From positions 1 through 25,772 of the IMG/VR virus record IMGVR_UViG_3300042453_000205: DNA of 25,772 nucleotides; one strand, 5' to 3'. Under the pieces are notes generated by a model. That model was not told the origin of the DNA and made no database searches. It worked only from the letters and a program-made list of their open reading frames with translations. The position numbers and the translations under genes are program-made. Source of the stretch: a virus. Its lineage: Duplodnaviria; Caudoviricetes. Positions within the stretch are counted from its first letter, which is position 1; each line of letters opens with the position of its first letter. Positions 19,005-25,369 of the stretch are shown piece after piece.

Positions 19005-20861
19005 CTAACCATAGGTTTCTTGCCATTGCTCTGCAAAGGCGTCGTCTAAATTGATTCCGTATCTTTTATCTTTTTGTGCTCTAGTTGCCCAACGATTGTT
19101 AGCAAACTTAGTAGCATATGATGATTGCTGCATAAGTTCACGGACTTTTATAACGGCAAACCATAGTGCCATCACACAGTCGGTTGGGTTTTTGGTATCA
19201 GGTTTCCAAGTAATTAATTGCTGTACTAAGGACTTTAAGCCCTCAGAGCCTTCATTAGAAGGAAGTTCAATTAGATTATTATCTTGGAAACGAGAATCTC
19301 TTGTTGTCCCAAACAGTGATGCCATAGAGGCTACACCAAATCCTGTATCCCATTTGTTCTTACCTGTGAAGTGAGAGTTGAGGGTACAGCCGTGAGCCGC
19401 CAACCAGTTGCGTAGATCATCATCTAAGGCGTAAGCCTTCTGGTGGGCGTTAATTTCTATTCGGATCTCTTGGGGTTTGTATTTGATAACCCATTCTTCT
19501 ATGAGATCTCTAATTCTTTGTGGGGTAGTATCTGTCATATTGACGCAGTCTAATATATAGATCTTACCATCAGAGCGATTGTAGGTTACTACTACTGCTC
19601 CTGTGGCTCCTGCCATAGCAGGGTCGAGGCCGATAACGGTATAAGAACCATCAATATGTTTTGGATGGCCTGGGACTCCAGCCTTGAGAGGTCCTCTCTT
19701 TCGCATTCCATTGACGCATCCAGCGACAGTAGTTGGCGAGAAGATCGAGTCTTCCATAACATCTTCTTGTTGGTAGACAAGCGCCCATACTGACGGAGCA
19801 ACTTCAGACCTTCTAGTAAATAACGAGGGTCCATCCCATTTGGTATATAATCCGTCTTTGTCTGGCTCATCTTGTTCCCCTTCAGGCCTGTCAGTCTTGG
19901 GCCATAAGGTTTTCCAATTGGCAGGGTTCTCATCAAATTCTAATACTGCTGGTTGACTAAAGTAAGTGAATGGAGATTTGCCACCAGTCCATTGACCGGG
20001 ATCTCTCATCATCTTATAAAGATCAATAGGTGCGACACGGGTTCCTACTATAAGTAGTTTTCCGTGTCGACCCAAACGGGTGATGACTTCTTTTTGAAGC
20101 CATTCAATTTGCTTCTCCCACTCATGGGCATTTGCATTCATCACCACATCGTCAAGGATAATCAGATCGGCGCGAGCACCGTAAATCTGAGATCCAAATC
20201 CTAATGCTTGAACAGTTGGGTCTTTTTCTCCAGAGTCTCTACCTGAACCTAGATAGATCATATCAGCAGACCAAGTATTGGAGTCTGCTTTGTATCCACC
20301 CTGTGGGCCGAAGGCCACTTGTAGTTTAGTCCAGTTGGGGTGACTAAGTCTAGTCTTGATGGCTGAAAGAAACTTTCGGGCCATACCCTGGGTTTTTGAA
20401 ACTATAATGATTCTAACGTTAGGATCTACAGCAAGGCGGTAGGTAACGTAGTTAATTGTAACAACAGTTGACTTGGCGTGCTCAGGTGGTACGTTTATAA
20501 GTACACGGTTAGAAGCACCTGGCTCGTAGGTCATAGATGGATGTACCCACCTAGGCTCCCTACCCTCTACCAGATCCACCCAGTCAAGGTGGTGGTCAAA
20601 AAGGGAAGTGTCTAGAAACTCCTGAGAGAAATCCTCGAAGGAGATATCCTTAAGTTCGGCTAAGTCAGTCTTGACGCCCTTGGCTTCTAGCCTAGCCTTG
20701 TCAGCCTGTTCTTTAAAACTTGGTTCAGTAAGTGTCCATTGGCGAAAAGCGGCCTCAGATCTACCAACCGACTCCATAGCCATCTTGATAGTTTGGCCTT
20801 GTTTGAGTTGGGTGATAACCTTATACTGGGCCTCTTCTTTGGTCAGGTTCTGCTTTGCCAT
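19005..20861 (-). CDS. terL: Terminase large subunit with N-terminal HTH-like extension
   Basis: Walker A-like PPEHAKST, Walker B LIILDD, motif III VGTR, RNase H-like nuclease GLDPA and C-terminal TDCVMALW. Confidence 0.92.
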   Translation of the reverse strand: MAKQNLTKEEAQYKVITQLKQGQTIKMAMESVGRSEAAFRQWTLTEPSFKEQADKARLEAKGVKTDLAELKDISFEDFSQEFLDTSLFDHHLDWVDLVEGREPRWVHPSMTYEPGASNRVLINVPPEHAKSTVVTINYVTYRLAVDPNVRIIIVSKTQGMARKFLSAIKTRLSHPNWTKLQVAFGPQGGYKADSNTWSADMIYLGSGRDSGEKDPTVQALGFGSQIYGARADLIILDDVVMNANAHEWEKQIEWLQKEVITRLGRHGKLLIVGTRVAPIDLYKMMRDPGQWTGGKSPFTYFSQPAVLEFDENPANWKTLWPKTDRPEGEQDEPDKDGLYTKWDGPSLFTRRSEVAPSVWALVYQQEDVMEDSIFSPTTVAGCVNGMRKRGPLKAGVPGHPKHIDGSYTVIGLDPAMAGATGAVVVTYNRSDGKIYILDCVNMTDTTPQRIRDLIEEWVIKYKPQEIRIEINAHQKAYALDDDLRNWLAAHGCTLNSHFTGKNKWDTGFGVASMASLFGTTRDSRFQDNNLIELPSNEGSEGLKSLVQQLITWKPDTKNPTDCVMALWFAVIKVRELMQQSSYATKFANNRWATRAQKDKRYGINLDDAFAEQWQETYG

Positions 20862-20946
20862 TTAACGCCCCTAAGACTAATCTAACGGTATCTACCTAAC
20901 GGCAGAGTTATCCCATTATATATATTATTATATATATACTATTATA

Positions 20947-20978
20947 GGAGATTCCGTAGATCAAACGGAGGAATCTCC
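20947..20978. repeat. Inverted repeat embedded in AT-rich (TA)n DNA
   Basis: GGAGATTCC (20947-20955) / GGAATCTCC (20970-20978), flanked by nearly pure A/T tracts. Confidence 0.75.
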
Positions 20979-21004
20979 GTATATAAAATATTTTATATTA
21001 CATA

Positions 21005-21024
21005 TATAGATAACCTGTGAATAA
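21005..21024 (-). promoter_or_regulatory. DnaA box plus an adjacent degenerate box
   Basis: TGTGAATAA (21016-21024) = TTATTCACA, fits TT(A/T)TNCACA; TATAGATAA (21005-21013) is a 2-mismatch copy 2 bp away. Confidence 0.4.
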
Positions 21025-21229
21025 CTGAAAAGCGAACAACTTAGGGTGATATTTCTTATAAATGTCCGATATGTATATATATTAGGCCACCTAACATAAA
21101 GTTATAGGGTAAGACATATATATATTACTGTGCGTAAATTAAAGAAGTCTGGGTCAAAGTTTTATCGATTTGTCGATATATCTACTTACCTACTTACCTA
21201 TTTTTCTACCCTAAACCTTTACTAGATAC

Positions 21230-21246
21230 CTGAGAACTACCTGAGA
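21230..21246 (-). promoter_or_regulatory. MprA-box-like direct repeat (OmpR-family site)
   Basis: CTGAGA-ACTAC-CTGAGA, i.e. TCTCAG-N5-TCTCAG on the minus strand, the hexamer repeat described for mycobacterial MprA. Confidence 0.5.
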
Positions 21247-21267
21247 GATATATTAAAATCTAAATAA

Positions 21268-21283
21268 TCGAACGCATGTTCGA
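21268..21283. promoter_or_regulatory. LexA (SOS) box, actinobacterial/Gram-positive type
   Basis: TCGAAC-GCAT-GTTCGA, a perfect match to TCGAAC-N4-GTTCGA. Confidence 0.8.
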
Positions 21284-21314
21284 ACTATCTCCCCGACCCT
21301 TAGCCCCCCTATAT

Positions 21315-21330
21315 TCGAACAAGTGTTCGT
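21315..21330. promoter_or_regulatory. Second LexA (SOS) box
   Basis: TCGAAC-AAGT-GTTCGT, a perfect CGAAC-N4-GTTCG core. Confidence 0.78.
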
Positions 21331-21345
21331 GTGATGTACCTAACA
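21330..21345. promoter_or_regulatory. CRP/GlxR-like site
   Basis: TGTGA-TGTACC-TAACA, one mismatch to TGTGA-N6-TCACA. Confidence 0.5.
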
Positions 21346-21379
21346 CTATTTGAGCGTCTTACTATTTGAGATTATTTGC

Positions 21380-21415
21380 GACACGCTTGACTTACGCTTA
21401 ATTATGTACTAAGGT
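21380..21415 (+). promoter_or_regulatory. Early promoter P1 (SigA/sigma70 type) with upstream GACAC motif
   Basis: TTGACT (21387) -17 bp- TAAGGT (21410); GACACGC at 21380 abuts the -35. Confidence 0.65.
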
Positions 21416-21482
21416 TCTCTTATCAGGTTAGAAATAACCCGATATAACTAAATAAAGAACTAAAATATATTTTAGAACTTAC

Positions 21483-21523
21483 GGCGTGTCGAACTTGACA
21501 AGCGGTAAAGGATAGTGTAGATT
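21483..21523 (+). promoter_or_regulatory. Early promoter P2 with upstream inverted GACAC motif
   Basis: TTGACA (21495) -17 bp- TAGATT (21518); GGCGTGTC at 21483-21490. Confidence 0.75.
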
Positions 21524-21534
21524 AGTTCTTACAA

Positions 21535-21633
21535 GGTTAGACTACTAGTAAGTAGCCTAGAGAGATACGCCCCTAGAATATCGGCGGTTGCGCTGATGGG
21601 ATACTAACTAGACTACTCACTAGTAGCCTAACC
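21535..21633. repeat. 26-bp inverted repeat built from two self-palindromic 22-mers
   Basis: Arms 21535-21560 and 21608-21633 are complementary at 23/26 positions; each contains TAGACTACT-N4-AGTAGCCTA. Confidence 0.8.
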
Positions 21634-21653
21634 CCTAGTGAAAGGATATGATA

Positions 21654-21971
21654 GTGTCGTATAACCCCTATGGGGTTAGCGGTAGCATTATCACACCCCC
21701 TAGAGATGTGCGTTCTGCCCCTGCGTGGTTAGGTTCACGCAGTAAGCGGTTCTCTAATCTAGTGGTGCGTGATAAGTCGGGCAATATAATCGTGGCTATC
21801 GAAGATAGTCAAGCGGTTAAACTGGCAAGGCGTACAATTAAGAACGCTAAGCCTAAACCCGATACTACCCCTAAACCCTTAACTGATGATGAGTTGCGTA
21901 GAATTGCGCTTGATGAGCGTAAGGCTATGATGGCTAGCCTACTGGCTAGACCTGCTGAGAACTACCTATAA
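21654..21971 (+). CDS. First early gene, hypothetical protein
   Basis: GAAAGGA RBS is better spaced for the GTG at 21654 than for the ATG at 21648; about 105 aa, basic. Confidence 0.7.
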   Translation: MSYNPYGVSGSIITPPRDVRSAPAWLGSRSKRFSNLVVRDKSGNIIVAIEDSQAVKLARRTIKNAKPKPDTTPKPLTDDELRRIALDERKAMMASLLARPAENYL

Positions 21972-21981
21972 TTGTAAGATA

Positions 21982-22033
21982 GTCCTGCCCGTAGTGGCGC
22001 GGTGAGTGTAGGGTGCGAACCCCTAGCAGGACA
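21982..22033 (+). ncRNA. tRNA-like mini-RNA lacking an anticodon arm
   Basis: 7-bp stem GTCCTGC/GCAGGAC + A; D-like hairpin CCG-TAGTGGCG-CGG; 5-bp T-stem TAGGG/CCCTA with 7-nt loop TGCGAAC directly abutting the 3' acceptor strand. Confidence 0.55.
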
Positions 22034-22078
22034 CGCCATAAGTCAGAACTTGACTTGTTGCCCTGAGTATGCTATACT
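22030..22078 (+). promoter_or_regulatory. Early promoter P3 (extended -10) with upstream GACACGCC
   Basis: TTGACT (22050) -17 bp- TATACT (22073) preceded by TGn; GACACGCC at 22030. Confidence 0.8.
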
Positions 22079-22106
22079 TAGGTATAACTTAATAGATGGA
22101 GAATAA

Positions 22107-22322
22107 ATGGCTAAGATAACCTTAGACGCTTATGACCCTGAAGGTCGCTTAATTGCTAAGTGTAATTCAGATGATTACGGCGCACCACTATTGATGAGCC
22201 TTCATGGCGAGGGTTCTACGATTAGAGTGGGTAAGAAAATCGTATGGTTAGAAGGTGCTGATGGAGAGGGTGCTGAAAGTTATGATGGCACTATCGATAA
22301 GATATTTAGTAGGTTAAAGTAG
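22107..22322 (+). CDS. Small early hypothetical protein
   Basis: 71 aa, GGAG RBS, directly downstream of P3. Confidence 0.8.
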   Translation: MAKITLDAYDPEGRLIAKCNSDDYGAPLLMSLHGEGSTIRVGKKIVWLEGADGEGAESYDGTIDKIFSRLK

Positions 22323-22326
22323 TGGC

Positions 22327-22355
22327 TTGACTATCCTTTAAGGGTATGATATCCT
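22327..22355 (+). promoter_or_regulatory. Early promoter P4 (extended -10)
   Basis: TTGACT (22327) -17 bp- TATCCT (22350) preceded by TGn. Confidence 0.75.
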
Positions 22356-22398
22356 TAGAGGGTAGCCTAATCACTAATGGTTAGGAGAGGGAGAACCA

Positions 22399-22551
22399 AT
22401 GGAAATAATTAAAGAGTTTAGCGTGGATAGCATGGCTACCTACCTAAGCACTTACTTTGGTGAGATATGGCTACCCCATAGAACGCTGATTATCCTAGCG
22501 GTAATCGCTATCACCCTAAGAAGTATCAAGTTATTCAGAGAACGCAAGTAA
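22399..22551 (+). CDS. Small putative membrane protein (50 aa)
   Basis: Not in the ORF track; GGGAG RBS; MEIIKEFSVD...TLIILAVIAITLRSIKLFRERK, one hydrophobic segment followed by a basic tail. Confidence 0.7.
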   Translation: MEIIKEFSVDSMATYLSTYFGEIWLPHRTLIILAVIAITLRSIKLFRERK

Positions 22552-22553
22552 TC

Positions 22554-22733
22554 ATGGATAACAATATAGTAATAGAGATTACTAAAGATGAGTTGGAGTT
22601 AATCCGCAAGTCTTTAAGAACTCAAGAAAATTGGTATTCAAGGTCAGACTTTAAGAGCATGGCTATGGCTACCAACTTGCTAAGAAATAAAGTCAATGAT
22701 ATTATGATAGAGTTAGAACTACCAATTAAGTAA
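22554..22733 (+). CDS. Small helical hypothetical protein (59 aa)
   Basis: Not in the ORF track; MDNNIVIEITKDELELIRKSL...; fills the gap exactly, and its stop overlaps the AAGGAG RBS of the next gene. Confidence 0.7.
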   Translation: MDNNIVIEITKDELELIRKSLRTQENWYSRSDFKSMAMATNLLRNKVNDIMIELELPIK

Positions 22734-22742
22734 GGAGTTGAT

Positions 22743-23939
22743 ATGGCTGATGAAGTAGAGTTAGTTGAGTGCGCTCAATGCTCTAGTGAGTATAGCCCAG
22801 ATGACTTAGCCACCACTCGAAGTGGAGAGGTGCTATGTTCTGACTGTCGTATCTATTGTGAGCGTTGCGACAACTTTGATTATGAAGAAGGTTGTCGATA
22901 TGTAGAGGGTTATGGTACTTATTGCGAGGTGTGCGCTGATAACTATACCTTTTGGTGTGAGCGTTGCGAGAGTACCTACTCTGATAATCACTCTAGTTAT
23001 GAGGTTGCTGATATCGGTGTCTATTGGTGCGAGGAGTGTTGCCAAGAGAACGCTGAGTGGTGTGATAGTTGCGACCAATACAACCGAGATGGTTGTGATA
23101 GTTGTGATGATAGTTCTAGGATAATCCATAACTATTCTTACAAGCCTGACCCTAAGTTCTATGGCAACTCTAAAGATAATCTATACTTCGGCATAGAATT
23201 GGAAATGGAGATTAGGGATAACAACCTAAGCGATAGTGCTAGTTATATTATGGAAATGCTAGGCGACTTTACCTATCTTAAAGAGGATAGTAGTATCAAT
23301 AGCGGTGGATATCGTGGGTTCGAAATGGTATCTCACCCTGCTACCCTAGATTATTTCGCTGAAGGTAAGAACTTATGGGCTACGCTAGATTATCTACGCA
23401 AGGTTCATAGTGCTAGAAGTTGGGACGCTAAGAGTTGCGGACTACATATACATATCAGTAGAACAGGGTTCAAGGGTGGTGCTCACACGCACAGGTTCTT
23501 ATCCCTTATCTACAAGAACTCAGATAAGATGATGAAGTTAGGGGGTCGCAAGTCTAGATACGCACAGTTCAATGATGTGTGGCAGTATGATGAGTTCGAT
23601 AGACCATACTTCACACTAAAGCATAAGGTCGCTCACCCTAGCAGGTCAATGACCGAAAGATATTCTGCGGTAAATACGCAGAACGAACACACCCTAGAAC
23701 TCAGGTTCTTTAGAGGGACTATGAACCCTGAGGGTGTGCTTAGTGCTATACAATTAGCACACGCTACAGTAGAATACACACGCAACTTAACCCTATCAGA
23801 TGTAAAAATGGGTGCGTTAAGTTGGGAGTGGTTTGCTGATTGGATACAAGCCAACAATGGTTTATATCCTGAACTCTACATGCGTATGAGTAGAGTGGAT
23901 AAGTTAGTAATCGATAGCACGGAGTTAGTCAATGCGTAA
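22743..23939 (+). CDS. COOH-NH2 ligase (Amidoligase_2-like, glutamine synthetase/GCS fold) with N-terminal CxxC repeat domain
   Basis: FGIELEME, KEDSSI, GFEMVSHP, SCGLHIH, RYSAVN and TLELRFFRGT motifs; eight CxxC pairs in the first ~125 aa. Confidence 0.88.
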   Translation: MADEVELVECAQCSSEYSPDDLATTRSGEVLCSDCRIYCERCDNFDYEEGCRYVEGYGTYCEVCADNYTFWCERCESTYSDNHSSYEVADIGVYWCEECCQENAEWCDSCDQYNRDGCDSCDDSSRIIHNYSYKPDPKFYGNSKDNLYFGIELEMEIRDNNLSDSASYIMEMLGDFTYLKEDSSINSGGYRGFEMVSHPATLDYFAEGKNLWATLDYLRKVHSARSWDAKSCGLHIHISRTGFKGGAHTHRFLSLIYKNSDKMMKLGGRKSRYAQFNDVWQYDEFDRPYFTLKHKVAHPSRSMTERYSAVNTQNEHTLELRFFRGTMNPEGVLSAIQLAHATVEYTRNLTLSDVKMGALSWEWFADWIQANNGLYPELYMRMSRVDKLVIDSTELVNA

Positions 23940-23950
23940 GGGGGGTAAGT

Positions 23951-24796
23951 ATGTGTTTGTTAGTGGTGTGTAATCCTAATTCCACACCGAGTAAAGATGA
24001 CCTTACTACTGGTGCTTGTAAGAACCCACACGGATTTGGGTTCGCAATAGATACTGGTAGTGGTATTATATCTGAACGCAGTATGTCCGCTAAGAAATCT
24101 ATTAAAAGGTTCTTAGAACTTAGAGAGCAATATCCTAATGGCTATGCTATGTGGCACGCTAGGTATGCTACTCACGGAGTAAAGAACGAACTGAACTGCC
24201 ACCCATTTAAGTTAGAGGGTGAGCACGATACTTACTTGGCACACAATGGTGTGTTAGATATTCTAATACCTAAAGATGATAAGCGTAGCGATACTCGCAT
24301 ACTAGCAGATGAATTACTGCCACGATTAGGCGGTGTGTCTGCGCTAGATGACGACTATCTATATGATATGATTAGTTCATGGGCTAGTGGTAGTAAGATA
24401 GCGGTGATGACCAATGACCCTAGCACACAATACAAGATGTATATTATCAACGAGAACTTAGGTAGTTGGGACGACAATGGTGTGTGGTGGAGTAATACTT
24501 CGTATAAGTCTACGCCCATTACCAAGCCATACAGTTACGAACCTAGCGTTTATGATATCGTAGCAACAGATAGCCACTTCCAAGCCAGCGATTTTGAGGA
24601 CAACAAGTTCGAGTGTCCCAGTTGTGAGTCGCTAATAGATTTGTGGGAGAATGATTTGTATTGTAATATGTGTGAGTGTTGCTTCGATTGTAGCGCAACC
24701 TTCTTAGATTGTTTATGCTATAATCCTATCGCTAAAGATATGATACGAAATGAGTACGGCAACAAGTGGTATAGTAAAGAACCACTTGACTTCTAG
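23951..24796 (+). CDS. Class II (Ntn) glutamine amidotransferase with C-terminal Cys-rich domain
   Basis: M-C start (Cys nucleophile), NPHGFG, HARYATHG, NCHPF, HNG and SDT motifs; C-terminal CPSC...CNMCECCFDC...CLC. Confidence 0.9.
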   Translation: MCLLVVCNPNSTPSKDDLTTGACKNPHGFGFAIDTGSGIISERSMSAKKSIKRFLELREQYPNGYAMWHARYATHGVKNELNCHPFKLEGEHDTYLAHNGVLDILIPKDDKRSDTRILADELLPRLGGVSALDDDYLYDMISSWASGSKIAVMTNDPSTQYKMYIINENLGSWDDNGVWWSNTSYKSTPITKPYSYEPSVYDIVATDSHFQASDFEDNKFECPSCESLIDLWENDLYCNMCECCFDCSATFLDCLCYNPIAKDMIRNEYGNKWYSKEPLDF

Positions 24797-24797
24797 A

Positions 24798-24823
24798 ATT
24801 GGTAGTGAGTAATCACTATCGAT
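24798..24823 (+). other. Intergenic hairpin with GNRA loop
   Basis: ATTGGTAGTGA-GTAA-TCACTATCGAT, 11 bp including two G-U pairs, immediately after the GATase stop. Confidence 0.6.
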
Positions 24824-24877
24824 ACCAACAGACACCACTTGGTAAATTGCCAAGAGGATAACAATGAAAGGTAAAGT

Positions 24878-25168
24878 ATGACAACCACGACAGCAGAACA
24901 GATAGAAAACTACTTGGCTAATATATCTCTAGCATTAGCAGACCTATCAGATGAGTTGGCAACAATTCACTTTGATTTAGAGGACGCTAGCGGATATGAA
25001 CCAAGAGGTACAATACTTAAAGCACTACCTGATCAGACTAGGTTCAAGCCTAAGTCTATGTGGGTATCGTTGGGCAATGGCAAGTATAAACACTTGACTG
25101 GTGAGAAGGGCTTAATCGCTAAACACTCACGCCTTGAAGGTTACACTTCAGTAGTATTCCGCCCATAA
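24878..25168 (+). CDS. Hypothetical protein
   Basis: 96 aa, GAAAGG RBS. Confidence 0.8.
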   Translation: MTTTTAEQIENYLANISLALADLSDELATIHFDLEDASGYEPRGTILKALPDQTRFKPKSMWVSLGNGKYKHLTGEKGLIAKHSRLEGYTSVVFRP

Positions 25169-25181
25169 TAAACTAGTTAAT

Positions 25182-25209
25182 TGTGGGTGGGGTAATCGCC
25201 CCACCTACA
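25182..25209 (+). other. Intergenic GC-rich hairpin (terminator or processing site)
   Basis: TGTGGGTGGGG...CCCCACCTACA 11-bp stem; no U-tract on either strand. Confidence 0.55.
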
Positions 25210-25228
25210 CCAACACAGAGAGGACAAT

Positions 25229-25369
25229 ATGTTAGAGGAATATATATGGACTTCTTTTATTAGGAAGTCTGAGGTTGAAAGCCTATCGCAAGAGGAAATA
25301 AAAGAGATGATATCAGAGTTATCATTAGCAGTACAAAGCGTATGCTTTGCTCACGGAATACATAACTGA
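25229..25369 (+). CDS. Small hypothetical protein (46 aa)
   Basis: Not in the ORF track; GAGAGGA RBS; MLEEYIWTSFIRKSE...; TGATG overlap with whiB. Confidence 0.65.
   Translation: MLEEYIWTSFIRKSEVESLSQEEIKEMISELSLAVQSVCFAHGIHN

Noticed and set aside
21046-21080. Additional degenerate CRP-like site (GGTGA-N6-TTATA) and AATGTCCGAT motif
   Set aside because: Too many mismatches in AT-rich DNA; could not assign
21982-22038. Canonical tRNA gene
   Set aside because: No anticodon arm, only 52 nt, and CCA does not directly follow the discriminator; reported as tRNA-like instead
22833-23857. ORFs 22833-23129 (-), 22912-23124 (+) and 23633-23857 (-)
   Set aside because: Overlap the amidoligase, which has clear catalytic motifs
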